Below are positions 25,139 through 36,870 of a stretch of DNA of 64,000 bases, in pieces. The notes under the pieces were generated by a model. That model worked only from the letters and a program-made list of their open reading frames with translations, had not been told where the DNA came from and made no database searches. Every line of letters starts with the position of its first letter. The stretch's first letter is position 1. The translations under genes were made by a program, and so were the position numbers. Source of the stretch: Anolis carolinensis (taxonomy: Eukaryota); assembly GCF_035594765.1 (NCBI RefSeq), contig NC_085845.1:192898897-192962896 (forward strand). Direction: 5' to 3'.

Positions 25139-26037
25139 GTGTAGATGCTCCCTTAGATAACAGTGTTGAGGTTGTAGACCTTTAATTTACTCAGATTAGT
25201 GAGTGTGCTAGGTGGGAGATTCTGGTAAGGGTTGTCTTTAAAAGGAAAGTTAATAAACTCTGGACTTGCAAATGTATTTTTTAAAAAAACCAACTACACA
25301 CACATGCACATTCCTTTCAGCAACTTTTTCATGGTTGACGTCTTCATCTTCCTGGACATTGGTGTGTTTGTGTGTGTGTGTGTGTGTATGTTGGGGGAGG
25401 ATGATTTATTGTAGAGGAAATAATATGGGAAATCATTGTGCACCCCATTCCCCACTGCCCCGACTCATTTCCAATCAGCCAAGGAAGGAACCCCCTGTGG
25501 CATTTGGGTCCAATTTTGCTACTACCAATGTCAGATTGAGTGCCAAGACCTTGCATTAAGAGTCAGGCAATGCAGCAGCTCGGCTCAACCTGTCTGGCTT
25601 ACTTTGTCTCCCTGCCGTGTGATGCCCTTGGGGCAATTGCAGGCACCTAGACAATACCTACAACCTGACAGTCTTTGGCTTCTGCTGGGAGGGAAGCACC
25701 CCACTGAAATCAGGGGCAGGCCATGCATCTGCATCGGGAGGGAAACAAGGGGGAAGCGCAAATCCATGGGCCAGCAACCACAAAGACAGTTTTCTCTTGT
25801 GTGAGAGTCTTATCCTCTCACCATTATTAGCTCATAATTAGGGTAGGAGGCTTGGGGGTATCTTTTTTAAGATAAAAGGGGGTTGCAGGGGTAGCTGCAG
25901 GGTGTAGGGGGGAGAGAAGGCCAAAAAAGATGAGGAATAGTTGGGATTATCACTGTTCAGTCTCCCAGGTCCGGTGACAATGCAGCGACAATGGGCAGCT
26001 TTGAGAACTGCATATGGTCTTCCTTCCGCGGGAGTTG

Positions 26038-26193
26038 NNNNNNNNNNNNNNNNNNNNNNNNNNNNNNNNNNNNNNNNNNNNNNNNNNNNNNNNNNNNNNN
26101 NNNNNNNNNNNNNNNNNNNNNNNNNNNNNNNNNNNNNNNNNNNNNNNNNNNNNNNNNNNNNNNNNNNNNNNNNNNNNNNNNNNNNNNNNNNNN
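26038..26193. other. Assembly gap (N run) in GC/CpG-enriched unique sequence
   Basis: N run; flanks contain CCGCGG, CCCGG and CT-rich tracts. Confidence 0.99.
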
Positions 26194-27336
26194 TCTCTCT
26201 CCCCCGTCCTCCTCCTCCGTTTTCTTTCTTCTAATTCACAGCTCCACCGCTTGTGTCTTTTTTAATTAAGGCCAAACGATAGCAGGCCCGGAGCCCCCTG
26301 ATTGCTGCACTTACCAACCACACATTGAGGGATGAAGAGGCTAAATAAGCAGTATGAGATTACTTCAAGGTTTCGTTTAATTGTTTTCTTCTTCCTTTTA
26401 GTAAAAAAGAGAATTGGAGGGACATTCTGAATCCCAGGGCTTGGGGAGCCGTTTCCTTTATTATGCCTGTGTTTGTCTTTGTCTCAGTTTGGGAGGGGTT
26501 TAGGATGGTTACACTGTGGATTTTGAACCCTAATAGCTTAAGCGTTTCTAAAATTGCCAGCCGCAAGTCACTGATTTAAACCATACTTCCTCCATTCCAG
26601 AAGTGTGGCTGCATTGGGGGAACAGGATGTGAGAAGAAGAGAGAATAGTCAGACGTTTAAACTTTGTTTAGCTACATGGTTTTGTTTGGGACAACTGATA
26701 CACACACTTAATGCCCCTCTGCTTCTGTCTGGATTGCTCAGTTAAGTGTCGGCTAAATATTTGTGCAAAGCCAAATAGTAAAGGGAGACTGGTGGTTCAA
26801 GGCCTGCTTATGATGACACTGTAAGGTAGGACATCGGGAGGGAAATGCTGCATGTGCCAACCTTCTCCAGCCATGGGTCCAGTCAGTCATGGGTATGCAC
26901 CAACCTGTTGCAGTGTCAGCTATTCTAAATACTGAAAAAGCTCATGTTCACCTTGATATTCCAAAACAAGAGACAGTGAGCCTATGGGACAGTCAAACCT
27001 CAGAACTACAGTAAACATTTTTCATTCAAAATGTACCAGGCATGATCCTCTTTATCTCTCATTAGAGACAGAAGAAGAGAGAGTCAAGTAGACCCTTTGG
27101 GGGAGTCTATAGCATCTGAAGGCCACCAACACATAGCAATATGTGCACATGCACATGCATGCACATCAGTTTCAAGTTACTGTTCTCACCTTGAGATTCC
27201 TTCTGCTCTCCTGAGTAGAGGGTCCAGGTCCTGAGGCCTCAAGCCGAATCCTGAAATGTAAGAGCCCAGGACAGTAGACAGGCTGATAAGTTACGTGGGC
27301 CAATGGTTTTACTCAAGTTAATGTATTCTCCTATGT

Positions 27337-27357
27337 TGTGTGTGTGTGTGTGTGTGT

Positions 27358-27392
<35 letters not shown>
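27337..27392. repeat. (TG)11-TA-(CA)16 self-complementary dinucleotide repeat
   Basis: Read directly from the sequence. Confidence 0.95.
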
Positions 27393-27395
<3 letters not shown>

Positions 27396-27525
27396 TGAAG
27401 GGAAGCACCAAAAAGCCATTGCTACCATCTTCCCACAGACATTCAAAAAGGGCAGAATTTACATGCCAAGTACAAAGGTGGCTCTTTATTATCATCTGTG
27501 TGCTTCTCTGAGATCTTTTGATATT

Positions 27526-27860
27526 AGGTAAAGGTAAAGGTTTCCCCTGACGTTAAGTCCAGTTATGTCAGACTCTGGGGGTTGGTGCTCATCTCCATTT
27601 CTAAGCTGAAGAGCCAGCGTTGTCCATAGACACCTCCAAGGTCATGTGGCCACTGGCATGACTGCATGGAGTGCCGTTACCTTCCCGCCTGGAGCAGTAC
27701 CTATTGATCTACTCACATTGGCATGTTTTCGAACTGCTAGGTTGGCAGAAACTGGAGTTAACAGCGGGCGCTCACTCCGCTCCCGGGATTTGAACCTGCA
27801 ACCTTTCGGTGTGCAAGTTGAGCAGCTCAGTGCTTTAACACACTTCGCCACCGGGGCTCC
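27526..27860 (-). mobile_element. Sauria SINE
   Basis: Full-length body; flanked by the duplicated CTTTTGATATTAGG (TSD). Confidence 0.92.
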
Positions 27861-27917
27861 TTCCTTTTGATATTAGGGAGATAAAATGTCTGGGGCCTTT
27901 CAAGTAAAAACATACAG

Positions 27918-28042
27918 GTGCTGTTAGTTTTCCAGGCTGTATGGCCATGTTCCAGAAGCCTTCTTTCCTGGAGAGAATACAGCCCAGAAAACTCACAGTA
28001 ACCCAGTGATTCTGGCCTTGAAAGCCTTTGATGACACAACAC
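27918..28042. mobile_element. Short inverted pair of Penelope pLTR fragments
   Basis: Minus-orientation piece followed by a plus-orientation piece ending GAAAGCCTTTGATGACA. Confidence 0.65.
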
Positions 28043-28433
28043 ATTAAAAACATATAGTTTGCAAAGAACTTTTATTTCAACTTATCTATTACATTCATGA
28101 TTCCTTCAATGTTATTCCCTTTGCTTTTAAATGAACATTTTGGTGTTTGATCATTTTGTAATCTATCATTGTCTTTAATATAATATAATCTTTTAAGTAA
28201 AGGCCCAGTTGCATACAAAAGAAAGATGAACCTATAGTTACCATAGAGGGGAGGGGAAGATTTTAAGTGGACATTTACGCATCATAAAAAAGGAAGAAAA
28301 ATGTCATTAAAAGAACAGATTTGTGAGGAAATAAAACAGATTCCTGTTTGCATTTGCACACACATGCACACACGATGTAGTACCATACCTTCCAACTATC
28401 TCCATGAATCTTAGACAGCCCAGTGTAATCCTC

Positions 28434-28590
28434 TAAGGTAAAGGTAAAGGTTTTCCCCTGACATGAAGTCTAGTCATATCCGACTCCGAGGGTTGGTGCT
28501 CATCTCCATTTCTAAGTCAAAGAGCCAGTGTTGTCTGTAGACACCTCCAAGGTCACGTGGCTGGCATGACTGCATGGAGCGCCGTTACCC
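28434..28590 (-). mobile_element. Sauria SINE, partial (3' half)
   Basis: (AAGGTA)n tail and 3' body only. Confidence 0.85.
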
Positions 28591-28634
28591 TCCTAATTTT
28601 AAGATGCTTTTAAAATGCCCCAGTTTCTCTATCT

Positions 28635-28858
28635 ATGCTAATCATGGTGGCCAAATGAAACATTCACACTTGCCTCAAACTGACAAGAGTTCTTTCTCCC
28701 ACCCTGGACATTCCACAGATATATATAAACCCCACTTGCCTAGTTTCCAACAGACCTCACTACCTTTGAGGATGCCTGCCATAGATGTATGTGAAACATC
28801 AGGAGAGAATGCTTCTGGACCATGGCCATACTGCCTGGAAAACTCACAGCAGCCCAAT
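28635..28858 (+). mobile_element. Penelope pLTR fragment with a mutated hammerhead core
   Basis: Homologous to the other pLTR copies; core reads TTGAGGA instead of CTGAGGA. Confidence 0.8.
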
Positions 28859-29809
28859 GCTCATGTACTCTTGTAGAAATGGGAAAAGATTTAAGTGTAC
28901 TGGAGGAAGGAAGGAAGCAACTTAAAATGTATATACACATATGTAGTTTTCAGAAATAAACATGGAACAATATGGGATTCTTAGCATATCTATTCCAATT
29001 TGGGGGGAAAGCTAGGCAGTTTGTCAATCTAAAATCTTGGAAGTAAATCAGACCGACTCAGTTTGGGATGCATCCCTGCCCCAATCTCAGTGTATTACTC
29101 TCCAGGACACCAGCTGAACACATGCTTTTGTATTTGAATCTTGACAGGTAGTCTATACATTGGGATAACTAATTCTTAGTTATGCTTTATGGAGCATTGT
29201 GTTTTTTACATGGAAGCATGGCTCCCATTGATTACAACCTGGTGTTATTGTTCTCTTTAAAAAGCAAGCATACAGCTCTGTGGCAGGAAATGTACTGAAT
29301 AAAGTTGTGCAGGAACAAAGATATAGAGTAGGCGGCATGATTTTTATTTTAAAAAGGACATAATATGTCTATGCATGTGTGTGCGTTGAATTAGGAGATG
29401 GAGGCATGTCAATGGCAGAAAGACAGAAATAGAGGTCTGATTGTTTCCTATGAAAAGAATACTAGTTTCCCTAAATAGAGTGTTATCATTTTTGCCTCAA
29501 AAGCACTGGAATCTTAAAATGGATGAAATGAGAGGAAATGAACTCAGACAAAAAGTGTAAAACATGCTCTTTGGACATGAATCGTTGTGAATTTCATTTA
29601 AAAAATAGCTGGATCCAGAAGATGCCAACCAGAACTTTATTATGGAACTTTCCAAATGTATTGCTACATCCTATGAAAACCCATTTAGATATATAATCCA
29701 AGGAATGTGAATTTTAATACCTTTTTAAAAATGGAAACAAAATGGAAGAGATGTATGGCAGAATATGAAAACAAGATAAAATAGATGCAAATATTGGATG
29801 ATGGAATGG

Positions 29810-30115
29810 AGTGCATGCTTATCCTATTTGCAGATGACACGAATTAGAAGGAGTAACTAATAATCCGTAGGTCAGAATCAGAATTGGAGGGTTGGGCCAA
29901 AACTAACAAAATGTATCACATCAGGAATAAACAGAATGTACTACATTTTGGCAGAAAAAGGGTAATTCATGGAACTGGGATGAGTGACACCTGGCTTGAA
30001 AACAGTACACGTGGTAGATCACAAGCTAAACATGAAACAATAAAGTGTTGGAATGGCCAGAAAAGCCATCAACAGGAGCAAAATATCCAGATTAAAGGAA
30101 GTAATCCTATATCTC
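29810..30115 (+). mobile_element. Degraded CR1 fragment
   Basis: FADDT motif (TTTGCAGATGACAC) and WAKTNKM..VLHFG..WLENST. Confidence 0.7.
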
Positions 30116-30596
30116 TATTTATTTAATTTTTAATTTATTTACAGTATTTATATTCTGCCCTTCTTACCCCAAAGGGGACTCAGGGTGGATCACAATGCAC
30201 ATATGCATGGCAAACATTTAATGCCATTAGACATACGACATATATAGACAGACACAGAGGCAATTTAACATTCCAGCTTCATGAGGGTGTGATCGATTCC
30301 GGCCACAGGGGGAGCTGTCGCTTCACCATCCACTTGTGACACCAAGTCCTTGATGAAGTACTTCCTCATTCTTCCACACGCTGCTGGAAAGTTTTATGGT
30401 GTCGTAAATTAGTGAAATTAGCCTCCCCGAATAAAGCATTACCTAAATTTCCTACTCAACAGATGCAACTGTTTTTCGGGCTGCATAGCTCAACAGCAAG
30501 CTAGACTATTTAATGCTCGGGAGCTCACTCCGACCTGAGCAGGCTTCGAACTCATGACTTCTTGGTCAGTAGTGATTTATTGCAGCTGGCTACTAA
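30116..30596 (-). mobile_element. tRNA-derived SINE with L2-type tail (long form)
   Basis: (TTTA)n tail, L2-like 3' stem-loop, B-box GAGTTCGAAGCC on the minus strand. Confidence 0.75.
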
Positions 30597-30685
30597 GATT
30601 ATCCAGATTATCAAATCAGATCACATTGTCTGCTTTGAATTGGATTATATAAGTCTACACTGCCATAAAACCCAGTTCAAAGCAG

Positions 30686-30932
30686 TTTTTTTCATGTCAG
30701 GAGCAGCTTGAGAAACTGCAAGTCACTTCTGGTGTGAGAGAATGGGCTATCTGCAAGGGTGTTGTCCAGAGGACACCAGGATGTTTGATGTTTTTACCAT
30801 CTTTGTGGAAGGCTTCTCTCATGTCCCCGCATGGGGAGCTGGAGCTGATAGAGGGAGCTCACCTGTTCTCCCTGAATTTGAACCATCAGCCTATTGGTCA
30901 GCACAAGGGTTTAACCCACTATGACACCAAGG
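30686..30932 (-). mobile_element. tRNA-head SINE (TGACATG-An family) inside a Harbinger-like MITE (~30597-30958)
   Basis: Matches the family; host ends GGCAGTGTAGAAAGGGCC-TAA. Confidence 0.8.
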
Positions 30933-30999
30933 TTTTATATGGCAGTGTAGAAAGGGCCTAAATTCACAGTTCAAAAGTAGTTTGTATGTGCACCAGTGT

Positions 31000-31210
31000 G
31001 TGTTCCATTTGTATGTCAAGATATGGTGACCCCATGAATGCATGCATTTTCTTCAGCAAGAAATCCTCAGAGGTGTTTTTGCCAGTTTCCTCCTCTGAAG
31101 TACAACTTTCAGCATGTGCATTCATTGAAGGTCTCTATCCAAGTACTAACCGAGGCAAACCCTGCCTAGCTTCCAAGATCAGGCAAAATCTGGTGCCTTT
31201 AAAATGGTTA
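31000..31210 (-). mobile_element. Degraded 5S rRNA-derived SINE
   Basis: 31128-31205 GGTCTCTATCCAAGTACTAACCGAGGCAAACCCTGCCTAGCTTCCAAGATCAG resembles the reverse complement of the 5S rRNA internal promoter region. Confidence 0.6.
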
Positions 31211-31218
31211 GACTCTAA

Positions 31219-31738
31219 CGGCCCTTCCACACAGCCATATATTACAGAATATCAGGGCAGATAATCCCCAATATCTGCTTTGAACGGGAATATTGGAGTC
31301 CACACTGACATATAATCTAGTTCAATTTTTCCAGACAAGAACCAGACAAGCTTACAAGCTGAGATTTCATTACCTTCCATGTCACCACGTAGCCGGTACC
31401 TTATCAGACACAGATCTCCATGAAAGCTCCTGGCCATAATGAATGCTCCATTCTGACCGGTATCTGGATCGGTCTTCTGTCCACACGCATTACTACTACC
31501 CTCAATGTGGATTTTATAATGGCATGAAGCTTACAAGCTGAGATTTCATTGGCTTCACTGGAGTGTCACCTTACCTTCCATGTCACCACGTAGCCGGTAC
31601 CTTACCAGACACAGATCTCCATGAAAGCTCCTTGTCATAATGAATGCTGCATTTTGACCGGTATCTGGGTCGGTCTTCCTTCCACACACATTATTACTGC
31701 CCTCAATGTGGATTTTCTAATGGTGTGTGGAAGGGCCC
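31219..31738. mobile_element. Harbinger-like MITE with an internal tandem duplication
   Basis: TIRs GGCCCTTCCACAC / GTGTGGAAGGGCC; TAA on both sides; units at 31348-31526 and 31527-~31726. Confidence 0.75.
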
Positions 31739-32480
31739 TAAGTAGCTTGCACTCAATTAATTGAGTGGAGAAACAAGAGAAGGGAGCAGAATCTTTCCCA
31801 TCCCAGTAGGGCCGGGCAAATGCAAATGCTTGCCTGCTCTTCATCATTAATAACTTTGGTCATCTTCACCACACTCAGATGCTCTTTGGCCACACACAGC
31901 CCAGTCTTCATCTGTGAAATACTAGAGGATATGTGATTGCTAGTTGCAATCATGTGTAGAGGAGTCAAGTGATATCTTTGGACTCTCTCTTTCTCCCTAA
32001 CATATATACATATATTGGGCATGAAGCTCAGATGACTAGCAATGGTGCTTTCATTGGTTGATAGCTCCTCCCCTTCGTATTGCCTCCCCACGCTTCCGCC
32101 ACCAGCAGCCCAATCCACCTACCACTTTTTCTTCTTCTCTCATCCTCGTTCCCTCAAAATGCAGTCTTTGATGTCATGAATGAGAATTCTGTTGGCTAAC
32201 AAGAACCAGAAGCAGGGCTTCATAGGGGCTCACCACCACAGGACACGAAATGCAACCCACCATATTTCATTAACTATCTGCTCTCCTGTACAGCTGCCCT
32301 CCTTTTTTTTTTTGATGTCCGCACTGCATCCTGACAGGAATCACAAAGATACGTGTGATTAAGTCTCTCTAATAATACTTTCCCTCCCTCCACCTTCATT
32401 GTGTTGCATTGTAAATAACCTTTCTGGGCCCTGCTTCTTTATAAGCCCCACTGGCTTTGGCTCGGGTACATTTTTTTTGA

Positions 32481-33024
32481 NNNNNNNNNNNNNNNNNNNN
32501 NNNNNNNNNNNNNNNNNNNNNNNNNNNNNNNNNNNNNNNNNNNNNNNNNNNNNNNNNNNNNNNNNNNNNNNNNNNNNNNNNNNNNNNNNNNNNNNNNNNN
32601 NNNNNNNNNNNNNNNNNNNNNNNNNNNNNNNNNNNNNNNNNNNNNNNNNNNNNNNNNNNNNNNNNNNNNNNNNNNNNNNNNNNNNNNNNNNNNNNNNNNN
32701 NNNNNNNNNNNNNNNNNNNNNNNNNNNNNNNNNNNNNNNNNNNNNNNNNNNNNNNNNNNNNNNNNNNNNNNNNNNNNNNNNNNNNNNNNNNNNNNNNNNN
32801 NNNNNNNNNNNNNNNNNNNNNNNNNNNNACCCANNNNNNNNNNNNNNNNNNNNNNNNNNNNNNNNNNNNNNNNNNNNNNNNNNNNNNNNNNNNNNNNNNN
32901 NNNNNNNNNNNNNNNNNNNNNNNNNNNNNNNNNNNNNNNNNNNNNNNNNNNNNNNNNNNNNNNNNNNNNNNNNNNNNNNNNNNNNNNNNNNNNNNNNNNN
33001 NNNNNNNNNNNNNNNNNNNNNNNN
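32481..33024. other. Assembly gap (N run with a 5-nt called island at 32829-32833)
   Basis: Read directly. Confidence 0.99.
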
Positions 33025-34069
33025 AACAATGCCGAATTCTGTCTAGCCCCAGCTTACCGGCTTCGATTCCTCTGCAAGTTTGGGGTCTCCGGGGAGTGGA
33101 AAGATGAAAGAGATAAGCTCCAAAGTTGTCAAAGGTTGTGACCTTGCCACACAAAGCCAGCAGTTTTACTTCTAAATCCCCTTCTCCCGAAAAGCACTTA
33201 ATGAAATAATATACTGTGCTTCTCAACACCCTGTAGTCTTTATTAAGCAGCAAGGCCCCCTCGAGATAGTGAATTTAAAGAGTCATTCAAAACTTCTGAC
33301 GTGAACATACAGTGACTTCAGGCTCGGACAGGTAACTGTCCTCCCCCAAATGTCAAGAACACCTTCCGTGTTCACTCGGAAAGGTGAGGAAATTGATCAT
33401 AAACATACAGATGTGCTTTTGTCTTGTCCCCACTTGCTGCCTTTGCTTGCCATGAGTTTTTTTTTAATGGGATGGAAGTAGGGAATCTGTAATTCCTATT
33501 TCCTCAAGTGGATCAAAGTTTTGAGCGGCTTCAAAGCATGCCTTGTAGAGAGCACACCCACCATAATGCTGTCCTTATTTATCCAGCTTTCCACCGAAAA
33601 GAAAGAGCAGAGGCTGTAATCAAAGCTGACCAAGCCGAGCTAAAAGGCTCGGAAGGGCTTGTGAGTTCACCAAAGGAATCAACGAAACCCTATATCTCCT
33701 TTCTAAGTATAATGGTGTCTTCAGGTGTTGTGCCATTGTAGATAGCTGCTTCTTATTTGGTGCTGCTATGAACAATGACGGGGCAGTCACAAAAATCTAG
33801 GCATCATGGAAGTTTGCTTATATCAGTTTTACCAGCAAGGAGCATGGTAAAGCAAAAAGGATGACATTATGGTTGGTCTTTATTATCTTTTGCTTTCCGT
33901 GAAATGGAAATGTTTGTAAGAAACCAGAACAAACCTGCTTCAGGTCAACAAGCTCTTGAGGGCTCTCCTAATGGATGAGGAAGCCAACCGTATTAGTAAA
34001 GAAACTGTATAAGATGACAGTTTCTGGGTGTCACAAATGGGCAGAAATGATTATTTCATTATTCTTATA

Positions 34070-34720
34070 TAAGTTGAATATCCCTTATCCAGAATTCCAA
34101 AATTCAAGACTCCAAAATTTAAAATTGTCCACGTGAGTGATTGAGATAGTGAAAGCTTTGATTAGTGACAATTCAGTGTACACAGATTTTGTTTTATGCA
34201 CAAAATTATTTTCAAAAAATGTATAAAATTATGTACATGTTATGTGTATAAGGTGTATATGACACATACATGAACTTGGTGCTTAGATTTAGGTCCCACT
34301 TTCAAAATATCTCATTATGTGTATATATGCAAATACAGTAGAGTCTCACTTATCCAACGTTCTGGATTATCCAACTCATTTTTGTAGTCAATGTTTTCAA
34401 TACATCATGATATTTTGGTGCTAAATTCGTAAATACAGTAATTACTACATAGCATTACTGCATATTGAACTACTTTTTCTGTCAAATTTGTTGCATAACA
34501 TGATGTTTTGGTGCTTAATTTGTAAAATCATAACCTAATTTGATGTTTAATAGGCTTTTCCTTGATCCCTCCTTATTATCCAACATATTCGCTTATCTAA
34601 CGTTCTGCCGGCCCATTTATGTTGGATAAGTGAGACTCTACTGTAAAGACATTCCAAAGTCTGAGAAAAATCAAAATCCAAAACATTTCCCCAAGCATTT
34701 CAGATAAGAGATAGTCAACA
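34070..34720. mobile_element. Tigger-like MITE hosting a mariner-type MITE
   Basis: AAGTTGAATATCCCTTATCC ... GATAAGAGATAGTCAAC ends; inverted homologue at 58960-59290. Confidence 0.65.
34336..34643. mobile_element. Tc1/mariner-type MITE (CAGTAGAGTCTCACTTATCCAAC TIR family)
   Basis: 23-bp TIRs, TA TSD; six copies in the window. Confidence 0.9.
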
Positions 34721-35792
34721 TATAGGGTTTTCTGTCTCCCCCCAAAAACAACATTGATTGGATCTGGAGGAATAGAGTCACAGTACTGTAGAATTAGAAT
34801 GAATCCAAGAATCATCATATCCAATCCCTGCCAATGAAGGAAATCCATAGCTAAATCATCCCTAATAAATGATCATCCATCCCAATTTTTAAAATGCCAA
34901 AAAGGAGAACCTGCTTACTTAGGTCGCATCTGTTCCCTTTCAGAAGGTTGTTCTTAATGATTGATTAGAATCTTCTTTTTTATTTGGATCCACTGGTCCA
35001 GGTCCCAACCTCTGGAGCAGAAAACAAGTTTGTACCATCTTCTATGTGATAGTTCTTCAGATATTTGTAAATAATTACTGTATTATCACTCATAGAGCTT
35101 GGTTTCCAGTTTTTACTGGACACATTCCAGCTTCTTAAATACAGTAGAGTCTCACTTATCCAACATTCGCTTATCCAACGCATTTTTGTAGTCAATGTTT
35201 TCAATACATCATGATATTTTGGTGCTAAATTCATAAATACTAGGCTTGATCGATCCACGAAAAATTTGATTCTAAACTCGTTTCAAAACTAGAGGGGGGC
35301 AGCTTTTCGTTTCTGATGGTATTTCCGAATTTTGCCCCCCAAAAAATTCGAAATTAACGAAAATTCGTTATTTTCTAAATTAATTCGTTAATGGCGGACG
35401 CGCATGCGCAATTCCCAAAAACAGCACAGAGGGAGAGGACTTTACAGGACTCTCCCACCCTCATTTTTTGAGTGATCTTCTTCAAACATGGTACAGTGGT
35501 AGAACACATTTAACACTGATAGCTCACCAAAATTTGGAACGTTTCCCTTATCCTCTGATTTTTGGCGAATTTTCATAGCTTTTATAATAAACCATTTTTT
35601 TAATAATTGCAGAAATCTGTTCCTGCTTTGAAAGTCTTATTTCCTGTTAAATTGGGTTGTCTTTACTGTGAAAGTCATTGTTCTACTTCAGAAACTTTGT
35701 TTTTGTGGCTGAAACTTTGTTAAATTGGTGTGTGTGTGATATATACTGTGTATATAGTCCCTGCATAATGTGTGTGTGTGTGTGTGTGTATA

Positions 35793-36121
35793 GGTAAAGG
35801 TAAAGGTATCCCTTGACGTTAAGTTCAGTCATGTCTGACTCTGGGGGTTGGTGCTCATCTCCATTTCTAAGCCCAAGAGCCAGTGTTGTCCATAGACACC
35901 TCCAAGGTCATGTGGCCGGCATGACTACATGGAGTGCCATTACCTTCCCGCCAGAGCGGTACCTATTGATCTACTCACATTGGCATGTTTTCAAGCTGCT
36001 AGGTTGGCAGAAGCTGGAGCTAACAGCGGGCACTCACTCTGCTCCCGGGATTTGAACCTGGGACCTTTCGGTCTGCAAGTTCAGCAGCTCAGTGCTTTAA
36101 CACACTTCGCCATCGGGGCTC
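35793..36121 (-). mobile_element. Sauria SINE inside the hAT
   Basis: Full body with (GGTAAA)n tail. Confidence 0.92.
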
Positions 36122-36231
36122 ATGTATATATAATATACATACACATACACACAATGTGGAGAATATGTGGAAAGGTAGATAGATAGATAAGTTGGGAGCC
36201 ACAGCGAAGGCACCTTCCTGGGAGCAAGGTC

Positions 36232-36283
<52 letters not shown>

Positions 36284-36364
36284 TCCCTTACAATATCCAA
36301 GATGGGTACCATTATTGGCAGAGAAAGCCAAGCTGTAGGAGTTGAAATCCAATCATTTATCCTC

Positions 36365-36675
36365 CCTATAGAATCAATTTTATATGCATTTTTAGCTACA
36401 GAAAAGCTAAAATCAGGACAGTAAAAGAACAACACCCAGAAAATGGGAATTCCAGACAGGAAACAATCAGGGCCAGCTAATACCTCCCAACAAAGGATTC
36501 CCCCAGGTAGGAAGCAGCCAGGCTTTGAAGCTGCAAGGCTATTCAATGCTAATCAAGGTGACCAATTGCAACATTCACACTTGCCTCCCACAGACAAGAG
36601 TTCTTTCTCCCACCCTGGACCTTCCACAGATATATAAACCCCACTTGCCTAGCTTCGCACAGACGTCAAAACCTC
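36365..36675 (+). mobile_element. Penelope fragment inside the hAT
   Basis: Homologous to the 5' part of 28635-28858 and to 42290-42462; stops at the start of the hammerhead core. Confidence 0.8.
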
Positions 36676-36870
36676 ACCGCCGGGCCCCTCTCTGTCTCTC
36701 TCGGTCTCGGCTCCATCCGCCGCCTTCCCGCCTCAGAGAGACACCAGGCCTGAGCTGAGGCGAGGCGGCGGCGGCGGCGGCCATTTCCCCCCTCCGTCTT
36801 CCTCCTCCTCCTCCTCGGCCTCCTTCCCCCTCGCCCCCTCCCATTGGCTGAGCCCGTGACGCCCCTTTTG
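36676..36870 (-). promoter_or_regulatory. CpG-island-like promoter/first-exon cassette inside the hAT
   Basis: Very GC-rich with intact CpGs; minus-strand CCAAT (36843-36847), GA-rich leader, AAATGGCCGCC (YY1-like, with ATG), (GCC)n, GCG|GTGAG. Confidence 0.5.

Larger units (their letters stand above)
24460..25152. mobile_element. PIF/Harbinger-like MITE hosting two nested insertions
   Basis: TIRs GGGTGCATCTACACTG / (CA)GTGTAGATGCTCCC; 3-bp TGA/TTA flanks. Confidence 0.75.

Noticed and set aside
30299-30320. CTCF-like site GGCCACAGGGGGAGC in the L2-tailed SINE
   Set aside because: One base short of the core spacing; weak match
31128-31205. 5S rRNA gene
   Set aside because: Partial, diverged and joined to a SINE body; a similar decayed copy lies near 56500-56700
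31348-31726. CRISPR-like or satellite array
   Set aside because: Only two long units, no spacers, eukaryotic context
32396-33253. Long ORFs spanning N runs (also 13194-13683 and 25941-26269)
   Set aside because: Artefacts of N codons lacking stops
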